A program made the translations under genes and the position numbers. From an uncultured Acidobacteriota bacterium (GTDB lineage: Bacteria; Acidobacteriota; Thermoanaerobaculia; Multivoradales; UBA5704), in assembly GCA_963770895.1 (NCBI GenBank), contig CAVYRF010000002.1, positions 4,736,001 to 4,800,000 on the forward strand: DNA of 64,000 nt. Reading direction: 5' to 3'. The notes under the pieces are model-generated. The model did not search any database and had not been told where the DNA came from. It saw nothing but the letters and a program-made list of their open reading frames with translations. Every line of letters begins with the position of its first letter. Position 1 is the stretch's first letter. This document shows positions 46,712 through 57,418 of the stretch, piece after piece.

Positions 46712-48232
46712 GTGGTGGTGGAGGAGCCGGCTGCTGCGGCGGCGCGTCCGCTCCGCCTGGAGCGGTGGTTTGGGCGGTGGTGCCCGCCCGGGGTGGCGAC
46801 GTTTTTCTGGTCGCGGTGGATCTTCCTGCGGGCGCTCGGGCTGATCTTCTTTTCGGCTTTCTATTCGCTGGCGTTTCAGATCCATGGGCTGATCGGTCCG
46901 CAGGGCATCCTGCCGGCGGCGGACTATCTGCGGCTGGTGGCGCGGTCGTATGCGGGCAACCGGTTCTGGCTGGCGCCGACGCTGCTGTGGCTGGGGGCGG
47001 GCGACGGGGCGTTGACGGCGCTGGTGGCGGTGGGCCTGGCGGCGTCGGTGTTGCTGGTGCTCAACCTGTGGCCGCGCGGGGCGCTGGTGGCGGCGATCCT
47101 GGCGTTCCTGTCGTTCATCGCCGCGGCGCAGGATTTTGCGTCGTACCAATCCGACGGCATGCTGCTGGAGGCGGGATTGCTGTCCTGCCTGCTGGCGCCG
47201 CCGGGGCTGCGGCCGCGGCTGGGAGCGGCGCACCCGCCTTCGTGGGCATCGCTCTGGCTGCTGCGCTGGGAATGGTTCCGCATCTATTTCGAATCGGGCA
47301 TCGTCAAGCTGGCGAGCGGCGATCCGCAGTGGCGCCACCTGACGGCGATGGATCACTATTACGAGAACGGGCCGCTGCCGACGTGGCTGGGCTGGTACGC
47401 GCACCAGCTGCCGCATGGGTTCCACGCCGCGACCGCGCTGCTGACGCTGGTGGTGGAGCTGGGGGTGGTGTGGCTGGTTTTCCTGCCGCGCCCGTTCCGC
47501 GTCGCGCTGGCGCTGCTGGTGACGCCGCTGCAGATCGGCATCATCGCCACCGCCAACTATGCCTTCCTCAACTACCTGGTGCTGTTCCTGGGCGTGCTGC
47601 TGCTCGACGACGCCTGCTGGCGGCGCTGCGGACTGCCGCCGGTCGCCGCGTGTCCGCCGGCGCGGTCGCGGCAGTGGCGGCTGCTTGCCGCGGCGGCGGT
47701 GTCGGCGTGGGTGTTCTACGCCACGGTCGTGGCCTTCGTGCCGCAGCTGGTGCCGCGAGCGCTGGTCGCGCCGGCCGTGGCGCTGGAACCGTTCCGCGTC
47801 GCCAACCGCTATGGACTGTTCGCGGTGATGACCCGCGCCCGCTACGAGATCGAGTTCCAAGGCACCCTGGACGGGCATTCCTGGATCGCCTATCCCTTCC
47901 GCTACAAGCCCCAGGACGTGCTGCAGGCGCCGGGCATCTACGCGCCGTACCAGCCGCGCTTCGAATGGAACCTGTGGTTCGCCTCGCTCGCCAGCTGGGA
48001 ATCCTACCCCTGGGTGGTGACCACCGAAGAGCGGCTGCTGGCCGCTCAGCCGGCCGTGCTGCACCTGTTCGCCCGCGATCCCTTCCACGGCCGCCGGCCC
48101 GTCCAGGTGCGCGCCGTGCTGTGGCAGTACTGGTTTACCGACCGCGCCACCCGCGCCGCCACCGGCGCCTGGTGGCGACGAGAGCTGCTCGGCCCGTACG
48201 CCCCCGCCGTCGACGCCGGGTCGGAGCCGTGA
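46712..48232 (+). CDS. Lipase maturation factor family protein
   Basis: FLRALGLI, GLIGPQGILP, QSDGMLLEAG, SGIVKL, GLFAVMT..R.EI, PYQPR. Confidence 0.92.
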   Translation: MVVEEPAAAAARPLRLERWFGRWCPPGVATFFWSRWIFLRALGLIFFSAFYSLAFQIHGLIGPQGILPAADYLRLVARSYAGNRFWLAPTLLWLGAGDGALTALVAVGLAASVLLVLNLWPRGALVAAILAFLSFIAAAQDFASYQSDGMLLEAGLLSCLLAPPGLRPRLGAAHPPSWASLWLLRWEWFRIYFESGIVKLASGDPQWRHLTAMDHYYENGPLPTWLGWYAHQLPHGFHAATALLTLVVELGVVWLVFLPRPFRVALALLVTPLQIGIIATANYAFLNYLVLFLGVLLLDDACWRRCGLPPVAACPPARSRQWRLLAAAAVSAWVFYATVVAFVPQLVPRALVAPAVALEPFRVANRYGLFAVMTRARYEIEFQGTLDGHSWIAYPFRYKPQDVLQAPGIYAPYQPRFEWNLWFASLASWESYPWVVTTEERLLAAQPAVLHLFARDPFHGRRPVQVRAVLWQYWFTDRATRAATGAWWRRELLGPYAPAVDAGSEP

Positions 48233-48289
48233 AGGTTTGTCGAGCCCCGGGCGCAGTACGGTGGCCGCTGTGCTTAGCCAAGTGCGATC

Positions 48290-48508
48290 TCAGCGAACCT
48301 GGCGAAGGAAATCGCTCAGCTCGATCTCGGCATCCCTCAGGGCTCCGCGGAGCGTATAGCGGTCGATCTCGTCATGGTAAGGAAACACGATCACTCGGCC
48401 ATCAAGGTGACGCATTTTTACGTGGCTGCCCTTGCGATGGGTTTCCGCGAAGGCGAGTCGTTCGAGCGCTCTGAGAACCTGGCCCCCAGAGAGCAGTGGT
48501 ACCTTCAT
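48290..48508 (-). CDS. hicA: HicA family toxin
   Basis: F....RKGSHVKM..VFPYH motif. Confidence 0.88.
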   Translation of the reverse strand: MKVPLLSGGQVLRALERLAFAETHRKGSHVKMRHLDGRVIVFPYHDEIDRYTLRGALRDAEIELSDFLRQVR

Positions 48509-48708
48509 ATTGCGATCTTGACGACTTCGTGCTGTCCGTCGGCGGGTAGCTCGCCTGGATCTGCCTCCAGGTATAGCTCGATTGCCTCTCGCACGTTGTG
48601 GAGTGCTTCCTCACGGTTTCGCCCTTGCGACCAACAGCTCTTTAGCGCTGGGCAGTGCGCAACCACCATCCCGTCCTCTCCTGGTTCCAGGACAATGCTC
48701 AGGTCCAT
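48505..48708 (-). CDS. hicB: HicB family antitoxin (short form)
   Basis: CPALKSCWSQGRNREEALHNVREAIELYLE; AAGGAGG SD. Confidence 0.9.
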   Translation of the reverse strand: MDLSIVLEPGEDGMVVAHCPALKSCWSQGRNREEALHNVREAIELYLEADPGELPADGQHEVVKIAI

Positions 48709-49057
48709 GACTCCTCCTTTGTCGGTCGGGGCTCACAACGCCGAGCCCCGACCGGCGCCTTTGCGTCGCCATCAATGGTAGCAGGGCTAGCAAGCCGAGA
48801 GCCGATCACGGCGCTTCCAGTTTTTTGGAGCTCGCCAAACTTTTTTCAGCTGACCAGCCGGTGCCGGCGCCGGCCGGGTGGTGCCGCGGCGAGGTGCTGC
48901 CGCGGGCCGGCGATGCGCACCGCAGCGGCGGCCGGCAGGATCGGGCGCGCCGGGAAGGCGTATGTGCACAGATACTTTTGAAGCGCCTGCCGCGGCGCGG
49001 CGCTTGACAGGGGTGGGCGGCGCTGGTCTGATGCGGGGACTTTCGCGGAGGTGGTCC

Positions 49058-50497
49058 ATGGGCTCAAGTCGCCGTCGTCTGCTGGTCGGGATTGTCGCGG
49101 TGTGTGCGCTGGCGCTCGGTTTGGTCGTCGCGCTGCCGCGGCTGGGCGCGGCCGCGATCGCGGCACCTGCTGCGGCGGGCGGCTCAGCCGCTTCGGCGGC
49201 CATGCCCGCGGCCACGGCGGGCTCGCCGGCCCCTGGGGCCGGCGCGGTGCCTCAGGGGGCAGCCGCGGCGGATGCCGCCGTGGACCCTGACCTGGTGGCG
49301 CTCTACATCGATCTGCACCAGCATCCCGAGCTGTCGCTGCATGAGGAGAAGACGGCGGCGAAGCTGGCCGAGCGGCTGCGGCGGCTGGGTTTCGAGGTGA
49401 CGACGGGAGTGGGCGGCACCGGCGTCGTGGGGGTGCTGCGCAACGGCCAGGGGCCGACGGTGATGTTGCGCACCGAGCTGGACGCGCTGCCGGTCGAAGA
49501 GAAGACCGGCCTGCCTTACGCCAGCACGGTCAAGACCAAGAATGACGCGGGGCTGGAGGTGCCGGTGATGCACGCGTGCGGCCACGACGTGCATATGACC
49601 GTCTGGGCTGGCACGGCGGCGCGCATGGTGGCGGCGCGCGCCAGCTGGCACGGCACGCTGGTGCTGATCGCGCAGCCCGCCGAAGAGGTGGTGCGCGGCG
49701 CCAAGGCGATGCTGGCGGACGGGCTCTTCACCCGCTTCCCCAAGCCTGATTATGCGATCGCGCTGCACGACTCACCGCGCGTGCCGGCGGGCAAGATCGG
49801 CTTCACGTCCGGCTTCACCCTGGCGGCATCCGACTCGGTGGACGTGGTGATCCACGGCAAGGGGGGGCATGGGGCGGCGCCGCAGACGACGATCGACCCG
49901 GTGGTGATCGCGGCGCGGACCGTGCTCGCCCTGCAGACCATCGTGTCGCGCGAGGACGATCCGCTCGACCCGGCGGTGGTGACGGTCGGTTCGATCCACG
50001 GCGGCACGAAGCACAACATCATCCCCGACGAAGTGAAGCTGCAGCTGTCGGTGCGCACCTACCGCAAGGAGGTCCGCCGCCACGTGCTGGACGCCATCGC
50101 GCGCATCGCCCGCGCCGAAGCGGCGGCGGCCGGCGCGACGCAGGAGCCCGACGTAAAGGTGGTGGACAGCGTGTCCGCGACCTACAACGACCCCAAGCTG
50201 ACGGCGCGGATGGCGGCGGCCCTGCGGCAGCGCCTGGGCGACGCCAACGTGGTCGAGGGCGCGCCCGAAATGGCCTCCGAAGACTTCAGCGAGTTCGGCA
50301 ACGCCGGCGTGCCGGCGGTATTGTTCAGGCTGGGGGCCGCGGACCCCGCGGCGCTCGCCAAGGCGCAGGCCGCGGGCGTCGAGCTGCCCTCGCTGCACTC
50401 CTCGCTCTTCGCGCCCGACCGCGACCCCACCCTGCGCACCGGCGTCGAAGCCGAGGTGGCGATGCTGCTCGACCTGTTCAACCGCCGCGCCAGCTGA
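49058..50497 (+). CDS. M20 family amidohydrolase (secreted)
   Basis: LHQHPELS, ELDALP, MHACGHD, QPAEE, GGHG, SEDF. Confidence 0.93.
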   Translation: MGSSRRRLLVGIVAVCALALGLVVALPRLGAAAIAAPAAAGGSAASAAMPAATAGSPAPGAGAVPQGAAAADAAVDPDLVALYIDLHQHPELSLHEEKTAAKLAERLRRLGFEVTTGVGGTGVVGVLRNGQGPTVMLRTELDALPVEEKTGLPYASTVKTKNDAGLEVPVMHACGHDVHMTVWAGTAARMVAARASWHGTLVLIAQPAEEVVRGAKAMLADGLFTRFPKPDYAIALHDSPRVPAGKIGFTSGFTLAASDSVDVVIHGKGGHGAAPQTTIDPVVIAARTVLALQTIVSREDDPLDPAVVTVGSIHGGTKHNIIPDEVKLQLSVRTYRKEVRRHVLDAIARIARAEAAAAGATQEPDVKVVDSVSATYNDPKLTARMAAALRQRLGDANVVEGAPEMASEDFSEFGNAGVPAVLFRLGAADPAALAKAQAAGVELPSLHSSLFAPDRDPTLRTGVEAEVAMLLDLFNRRAS

Positions 50498-50540
50498 GGG
50501 AGGGCTTGGCGTCGAGAGGGGGATAGGACGCGGCGCTTTG

Positions 50541-53228
50541 CTAGTGTCCCGGCGCCGAGGGGATGGGGCTGGGGGGGCGCTCGGCGCGGTAGGGGGCGGA
50601 GCGCCGAGGTGATGGGGACGGGCTCCTGACGCGCGGCGGCGGACGCACCCACCAGGCGGCGCCGGCGGCTAGCGCGAGGGCGGCGAGGATGCATCCGCAG
50701 GAGTGCGCCGGCGGGCGGTAGAGCAGATCGACGCTGCCCTGGCCGGCGGGCAGCCAGGCGCCGACGAAGGCGCCGTTGACGCGTATCGGCGCGAGCGGTC
50801 GGCCAGCGGCCAGCACCTGCCAGCCGCCGTCCTGGTAGATCCCGGCGGCCAGCAGGCGCGGCTCGGCGCAGACGCCGGTGGCGTGCACCCAGCTGGCGCC
50901 GATGAGGATGGGATCTTCGAGGTGCGACGCGTCGGGGTCGGCGGCGCGCCAATGCCGTGCGGAGACATTGGCGGACGATCCCGGTTCGAGCAGGACGCGG
51001 AAGCCGAAATCGGGATTTGCATCCAGCCAGCTCTCCCAGCTTTCTTCGCCGGTGGCGATGGCGCGCTCGGGTAGGAAGAGGCGGTCGAGCGGGTGCGGCC
51101 GCTCCCAGATCCAGGCGGTCTTGTCCGTGTAGACGCGGGTCAGCGGGAGGCGCGCGCCGGGGCGCGAGATGACGTAGCGCACGCCCAGGAAGTCGTAGAG
51201 CGGGTGACCGAAGCGCCCGAACCGCGGCTCCAGGATGCCGTGGTCCAGGAAGCTGGTGGCGCGCTGGTAGGCGAACGGGCCGGAGGGATCGTCGACGCGC
51301 ACGTCGGAGAGCCCATAGACGCTGGCAAAGTTGGCGGGCAGCACCGTCGGCGTGCCGACGATGCGGTCGTCGCCGGCATGGGTTTGCAGAAAGCGCACCG
51401 CCGGCAGGCGCGGGAACGCCAGCCGCGCGTCGTTCGGCGGGTTGGCCGGCACGTAGAACGCCAGCAGCTCGCCGGCGAGGATGAAGATCAAGGCCCACGG
51501 CGCCCGGCGCGCGATCGCCGCAGCCCAGGGCGGCACGCGGCGCTGGCGGTCAGCGGAGGCGGCGGCCGCCGCCGTTGCGGCCAGGGCGACGCATCCGATG
51601 CCGGCAAGGAGCGTCGCCAGCTGTACGCCCAACCAGCCGGTGCGGAAGTCCGACCTGGCCCAGGCACCCGCCCAGAGACCCGAAGCGTCGTGCTCCAGGG
51701 CGTGAGGGTTGGGATTGGCGAGGTAGGCCGCGGCGACCAACGCCATCACCGTGGCGCCTGCCAGGAGGAGCGCGGGGGGCCGCACTTGGGCTTGCCGCCA
51801 GCGGTCGATTTGACAGGCTGCCAGGTAGCTGAGGCAGAAGGCGGCCCAGACCTGGAGGCGCTGGTGCCGGTGGATGGCGGTCATGCCGATGAGCGGCAGT
51901 CTGGCGGCCAGGTGGTCGAAGCCTGGCGGCTGCGCCAGGAGCGCCAGGGTGCCGGCCAGCATGGCGCCGGCCCAGCGCTCCTGGGGGAAGCGGCGGCGGC
52001 CTGCCCCGAAGAGACCCCAGCAGGCGGGGAGGGCGAACAGCAGGGTGATGCTGCCGGCGAAGGCGCTGGTGTCCTGGATGTAGTTGTTTTCTCCCCAATA
52101 GGTGGTGAACTGGTCGCCCAGGGCGTCGGGAGCCGCCAGGGGCATCAGGCGCTGGACGGCGAAGCGCCGCCATTGGGCGAGTCCCGCGGGCTGGGCGAGG
52201 CCGTGCCAGAGCTGCTGGAACGGCACGGGCTGCAGGTGAAACCGCACGATGGCGGAGCGCTGGGTGGTGGGGAGATAGGCGAGCGTCGGCAGCAGCACGG
52301 GCGCGGTCAGGGCCACCGCCAGCAGCATCGACGTCCCGCCGCGGAGGGCGAGCGCCAGGCCGGCCCGGTTCGCGCCGCGCTGCCGGCAGCGATCGAGCAG
52401 GAAGAGCGACGCGCCGATCAGGACGTAGGTCAAGGTTTCGGGATGGCCTCCCAGGACCAGTGCGGCGGTGGTCAGCGCGAGCAGCAGCGTGTCGCGCCTG
52501 CCGCCGTTCTGGTCGCAGCGGACGATTGCGTAGAGCATTGCCGGCAGCAGGGCGCCGCAGGTGGCGAGGGGCCATCCCAGCCAGAGCAGGATGAAGCCGC
52601 TCAGCCCGAAGGCGGTGGCGCCGGCGGTGGCGGCGGCTTCGCCCAGACCCTGGCGGCGCAGCAGGAGGAACGAAAAGACCAGCGCGGTGAGGATGCGGAG
52701 CGCGGCGGTGACTGCCGCGGCGGTCCAGATGGTGAAGGGGTAGGCGAGCGCCGCGAGGGGCTGGAAGGCCTGCGCCTGCGGGTCGGCCAGCAGCGGCATG
52801 CCGGCACCCTGGTGGGCGTTCCACAGCGGCCAGCGGCCGTCGAGCAGGGCGCGCTTCACCTCCAGCTGCCAGGGGACGACCTGGTGCACCAGGTCGCGTT
52901 GCAACGGGATCCCCGGCGGCACGGACGCCGGCAGCTCCTGATAGGGCGCATGCAGCGGCAGGAGGTCGAGCGGCAGCAGCACGCCGTCGCCCACCAGGAC
53001 CGGCGCCAGCAGCACCGCCACATAGATGCCGAACAGCAGCAGCACCTTGGCCGGCACCGGATCGAACCACCGGCGCAGCGCCGCGGCGCCGGCCAGGGTC
53101 AGCGTCGCGACATAGAGGGCGGGCAGCGGCTGCATGGCGTGCACCGCGCTCCATCCGGTCACCATGGTTTTGCTCGCCACCGCCGCGGCCCGCGGCGTCG
53201 ATCTGCCATTTGCATACACGTCCCCCAT
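50541..53228 (-). CDS. YfhO-like membrane glycosyltransferase (GT-C)
   Basis: PLWN..QGAGMPLLADPQ, GGHPET, GW..VNGAF.G..LPAG..V.L.YRP; start uncertain. Confidence 0.85.
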   Translation of the reverse strand: MGDVYANGRSTPRAAAVASKTMVTGWSAVHAMQPLPALYVATLTLAGAAALRRWFDPVPAKVLLLFGIYVAVLLAPVLVGDGVLLPLDLLPLHAPYQELPASVPPGIPLQRDLVHQVVPWQLEVKRALLDGRWPLWNAHQGAGMPLLADPQAQAFQPLAALAYPFTIWTAAAVTAALRILTALVFSFLLLRRQGLGEAAATAGATAFGLSGFILLWLGWPLATCGALLPAMLYAIVRCDQNGGRRDTLLLALTTAALVLGGHPETLTYVLIGASLFLLDRCRQRGANRAGLALALRGGTSMLLAVALTAPVLLPTLAYLPTTQRSAIVRFHLQPVPFQQLWHGLAQPAGLAQWRRFAVQRLMPLAAPDALGDQFTTYWGENNYIQDTSAFAGSITLLFALPACWGLFGAGRRRFPQERWAGAMLAGTLALLAQPPGFDHLAARLPLIGMTAIHRHQRLQVWAAFCLSYLAACQIDRWRQAQVRPPALLLAGATVMALVAAAYLANPNPHALEHDASGLWAGAWARSDFRTGWLGVQLATLLAGIGCVALAATAAAAASADRQRRVPPWAAAIARRAPWALIFILAGELLAFYVPANPPNDARLAFPRLPAVRFLQTHAGDDRIVGTPTVLPANFASVYGLSDVRVDDPSGPFAYQRATSFLDHGILEPRFGRFGHPLYDFLGVRYVISRPGARLPLTRVYTDKTAWIWERPHPLDRLFLPERAIATGEESWESWLDANPDFGFRVLLEPGSSANVSARHWRAADPDASHLEDPILIGASWVHATGVCAEPRLLAAGIYQDGGWQVLAAGRPLAPIRVNGAFVGAWLPAGQGSVDLLYRPPAHSCGCILAALALAAGAAWWVRPPPRVRSPSPSPRRSAPYRAERPPSPIPSAPGH

Positions 53229-53335
53229 GGCGCCAGCACCCTGGCGTCGCGGTAAATTCGTCAGTCCGCCGAATCTGCAAGGTATACGGAGCGACTTGCG
53301 AAGCCGCCGCCCGCGGTGCTGTCGTGCGCGACCGC

Positions 53336-53389
53336 TTGACAGGCGTTGGAGGGCTGTGTAACCTTGTGGTTACGTAACCGAATGGTTCA
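53336..53389 (+). promoter_or_regulatory. Sigma70 promoter with tandem ArsR-type operators
   Basis: TTGACA-17 nt-TAACCT; GTAACC-TTGT-GGTTAC and GTAACC-GAAT-GGTTCA. Confidence 0.8.
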
Positions 53390-53395
53390 GCGCAA

Positions 53396-53761
53396 ATGAC
53401 GACATCGACCGACCCACTAACCGCAACGTTCTCTGCTCTGGCCGATCCGACGCGCCGCGCCATCCTGGCCCGGCTGGCGGCGGGGGAGGCTTCGGTGACC
53501 GAGCTGGCGGCGCCGTTCGCCATGAGCATGCCGGCCATCTCGAAGCATCTGAAGGTGTTGCAGCGGGCGGGCCTGATCGCCCGCGGGCGCAAGGCGCAGT
53601 GGCGGCCGTGTTCGTTGCAGGCTGGGCCGCTCAAGGACGTCGCGGATTGGGTACACCACTACAAGCGTTTCTGGGAGGAGAGCTTCGACCGCCTGGACGA
53701 CTACCTGCGCGAGATCCACGGCGACGGTGGCGGCCGCGATCGCGGTCGCGACGCCGGTTGA
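53396..53761 (+). CDS. ArsR/SmtB family regulator
   Basis: FSALADPTRRAILARL..SMPAISKHLKVL. Confidence 0.95.
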   Translation: MTTSTDPLTATFSALADPTRRAILARLAAGEASVTELAAPFAMSMPAISKHLKVLQRAGLIARGRKAQWRPCSLQAGPLKDVADWVHHYKRFWEESFDRLDDYLREIHGDGGGRDRGRDAG

Positions 53762-53859
53762 GATGGGGTGGCCGCCAGCCGCGCTTTGTTCGCGCGGCCG
53801 GCCCTCCCGCCGGCCGGTTTCAGCAACTCGACACCCAGCCAACCTCATGGAGAAACATC

Positions 53860-54441
53860 ATGCCCTTGGACAAACCAGCAGCCGCACCATCGTCCGTCGC
53901 CCCGACGACCGCCCCCGCCGCGGCCGGCGCTGCAGCGGGCGCGACAGGCGGGCCAGACGCGGCCCGCGTCGCGTCAAACCTTGCCGCCGGCGGCTCGCCG
54001 GCGGGCGACGCCCCGGCCGAGCTGTTTCTGACCCGGCTGTTCAAGGCGCCGCGCCGCCTGGTGTTCGAGACGTGGGCAAAACCCGAGCACCTGGTGCGCT
54101 GGTGGGGACCTAAGGATTTCACCTTGCCGACGTGCGAGGTGGATTTCCGGCCGGGCGGCGTGCTGCGCTTCTGCATGCGCTCGCCGTGGGGCGACGACCA
54201 CTGGATGGAGGGGACCTTCGACGAAATCGTCGAGCCGGAGCGGATCGTCTTTTCGGTGACCATCGAGGGCGAGCCGCCGGGCCGTCAGCTCCTGACCACC
54301 GCGGTGTTCACCGAAGAGGAGGGTGGGACGCGGCTCACCCTGCGCCAGATGGCGCCGACCGATCCCAACAAGGCGCGCGGCCAGAAACAGGGCTGGACCG
54401 AATCCCTGGATCGCCTGGACGACCACCTGGCCGGGTTGTAA
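53860..54441 (+). CDS. SRPBCC (AHSA1) protein
   Basis: TRLFKAPRRLVFETW..WWGP..DFRPGG..GW. Confidence 0.9.
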   Translation: MPLDKPAAAPSSVAPTTAPAAAGAAAGATGGPDAARVASNLAAGGSPAGDAPAELFLTRLFKAPRRLVFETWAKPEHLVRWWGPKDFTLPTCEVDFRPGGVLRFCMRSPWGDDHWMEGTFDEIVEPERIVFSVTIEGEPPGRQLLTTAVFTEEEGGTRLTLRQMAPTDPNKARGQKQGWTESLDRLDDHLAGL

Positions 54442-54536
54442 AAGCGGTGCTGGTGATGCCGGAGGTGGCGGCCGTGGTGGCCGCCGCCCGCGGGCCGCGC
54501 TGCCTGAAAACCTTTTCATTCACACCTGGAGGCGAT

Positions 54537-55007
54537 ATGAGCACACGTTCCACGGAACATGCCACGTTCGTCATCGAGCGCACCTTTGATGCCACGCCGG
54601 CGCAGGTCTTCGCCGCCTGGGCGGACCCGGTTGCCAAGGCCCGCTGGTTTGTCGGTCCCGACGGCTGGAAGCAGCTGCGGCGCGAGCTGGACTTTCGCGT
54701 CGGCGGCAGCGAGCACGTGAGCGGCAGCCGGCAGGACATGGTGACCCACTTCGACAGCACCTACCACGAGATCGTGCAGGACCAGCGGATCATCTACTCC
54801 TACCGCATGCACCTGAACGAAACTCCCATTTCGGTGTCCCTGGCGACGATCGAATTCGAGCCGGCGGGCGCCGGCACGCGCATGGTGCTGACCGAGCAGG
54901 GTGCCTTCCTGGACGGCTACAAGGACGGCGGCGGCCGCGAGCAAGGCACCGGCATGTTGATGGACCAGCTGGCGGCGGCGTTGCGCCACCAGCCGGCCGC
55001 TGTCTGA
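54537..55007 (+). CDS. SRPBCC (AHSA1) protein
   Basis: IERTFDATPAQVFAAW..DFRVGG; GGAGG SD. Confidence 0.92.
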   Translation: MSTRSTEHATFVIERTFDATPAQVFAAWADPVAKARWFVGPDGWKQLRRELDFRVGGSEHVSGSRQDMVTHFDSTYHEIVQDQRIIYSYRMHLNETPISVSLATIEFEPAGAGTRMVLTEQGAFLDGYKDGGGREQGTGMLMDQLAAALRHQPAAV

Positions 55008-55035
55008 GCGCGGCGGGCGGCGCGGGCGCGGGCGC

Positions 55036-55716
<681 letters not shown>

Positions 55717-55791
55717 GCCGCTATTGTGTGGCGGCGGTGGTGGCCGCGCAAGGGAGCGGCTGGACGGCCGCGCGGCGCGCCGGACGTGTCG

Positions 55792-55818
55792 TGTCGATCT
55801 GCCCGGCTGCCGTTCGTC
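55792..55818 (+). promoter_or_regulatory. ECF42-type promoter
   Basis: TGTCGA-17 nt-CGTC upstream of a DGPF/YciI gene. Confidence 0.65.
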
Positions 55819-55910
55819 GTCCTGATAGATGCGGGGCGCGTGGGCGCCCGGCCGCCACCGTCCGGGAGCGCTCTGGCACACCGGACCCAGACCGACAAGG
55901 AGACACGGCA

Positions 55911-56339
55911 ATGCGATTCATGATCCTGGTGAAGGCCAACGCAGACAGCGAGGCGGGGATCCCGCCGGGGACCGAGCTGCTGGCCGAGATGGGGAAGTAC
56001 AACGAAGAGCTGGTCAAGGCGGGGATCCTGCTGGCCGCCGAAGGGCTGCAGCCCAGCGCGAAGGGCGCGCGGGTCAAGTTCTCGGGCAGCCAGCGCATCG
56101 TCACCGACGGGCCGTTTGCCGAGACCAAGGAGCTGATCGCCGGCTTCTGGTTGATCGAGGTGAGCTCCAAGGCGGAGGCGATCGAATGGGTCAAGCGCTG
56201 CCCCAAACCGATGGCGGGCGAGCCCGAGATCGAGATCCGCCAGGTGTTCGAGGCCGCCGACTTCGGTCCCGCGCTCACCCCCGCGCTGCAGCAAGCCGAA
56301 GAGCAGCTGCGGGCGCAGATGGCGGCGCGCAAGCAGTGA
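55911..56339 (+). CDS. YciI/DGPF family protein
   Basis: [17 protein letters not shown]; AAGGAG SD. Confidence 0.93.
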   Translation: MRFMILVKANADSEAGIPPGTELLAEMGKYNEELVKAGILLAAEGLQPSAKGARVKFSGSQRIVTDGPFAETKELIAGFWLIEVSSKAEAIEWVKRCPKPMAGEPEIEIRQVFEAADFGPALTPALQQAEEQLRAQMAARKQ

Positions 56340-56586
56340 CCGCGCCGTGGCGCTGGGCATGGCGCGCGGCCCGGCGGCCGCCCTGGAGCTGGTGGACGCC
56401 CTGGCCGACGAACCGGCGCTGCGCGGCTACCACCTGCTGCCCAGCGTGCGCGGCGACCTGCTTGCCAAGCTGGGCCGCGGCGCCGAAGCGAGCGCCGAAT
56501 TCGAGCGCGCCGCCCGGCTCACCCGCAACGGCCGCGAACGCCAGCTGCTGCTGGCCCGCGCCGCCGCCTGCGCCGCGGCCGGCTGA
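56336..56586 (+). pseudogene. C-terminal TPR remnant of an ECF42-type sigma factor
   Basis: RAVALGMARGPAAAL..YHLLPSVRGDLL.KLGR..N.RER.LL; sigma domains missing. Confidence 0.8.
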
Positions 56587-56824
56587 CGCGGGCGGCGACG
56601 GCGTGACCGAGCTGCGCGTCATGCTGGAGCCGGGAGACATGCAGCACAGCGAGTGATCGACCTCTCCGCGCCGTCTTCCGGTGGGCGATCGCGGGAAGAT
56701 CTGCAAAGGAGCCGCGGTGCATTGAGGGCGCCGGGCTCCTCCCCCGATCATGGCGACATCGCGGCGCGCCGGGCTGCCGGCGCGGCCGTTCCAACGATCG
56801 CCACGATTCGATCAGGAGGAGACC

Positions 56825-57406
56825 ATGAGCTTGCTTCGCCGCTTCGCCGTCTGCTGTCTGTTGTGCGCGCTGGTCTGCATCGGGCGCCCCTTGCCGGCGG
56901 CGCCGGCGACCTCCGGGGCCGCGGCCGTGGCGCCGCACGATGGCAGCCACGACTTCGACTTCACCCTGGGCACCTGGCACACGCACATCAAGCGCCTGGA
57001 GCACCCGCTGACCGGCTCCGCCAGCTGGTACGACGTCGACGGCACGGTGACGATCCGGCCGATCTTGAAGGGCCGCGGCGACCTTGAGGAGCTGGACGTG
57101 GACGACCCGCACGGACGCCTGGAAGGCTTGACCCTGCGTCTGTACAACCCGCAGGCGCACCAGTGGAACGTGCTGTGGGCCAGCGCCAGCGACGGCACGG
57201 TCGGCCAGCCGATGATCGGCGAGTTCAAGGGCGGGCGCGGCGAATTCATCGACCAGGAGGCGTACAACGGCAGGACGATCCTGGTGCGGCAGGCCTTTTC
57301 GGACATCACGCCCACCACTCACCACTTCGAGCAGGCGTTTTCGGACGACGGCGGCAAGACCTGGGAGCCCAACTGGGTCGCCAACCTGACCAAGATCGGG
57401 CAGTGA
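56825..57406 (+). CDS. Secreted DUF1579-like protein
   Basis: Signal peptide; HDFDF.LG.W...EQAFSDDGGKTWE.NW. Confidence 0.8.
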   Translation: MSLLRRFAVCCLLCALVCIGRPLPAAPATSGAAAVAPHDGSHDFDFTLGTWHTHIKRLEHPLTGSASWYDVDGTVTIRPILKGRGDLEELDVDDPHGRLEGLTLRLYNPQAHQWNVLWASASDGTVGQPMIGEFKGGRGEFIDQEAYNGRTILVRQAFSDITPTTHHFEQAFSDDGGKTWEPNWVANLTKIGQ

Positions 57407-57418
57407 GCCGCGGCGGGA

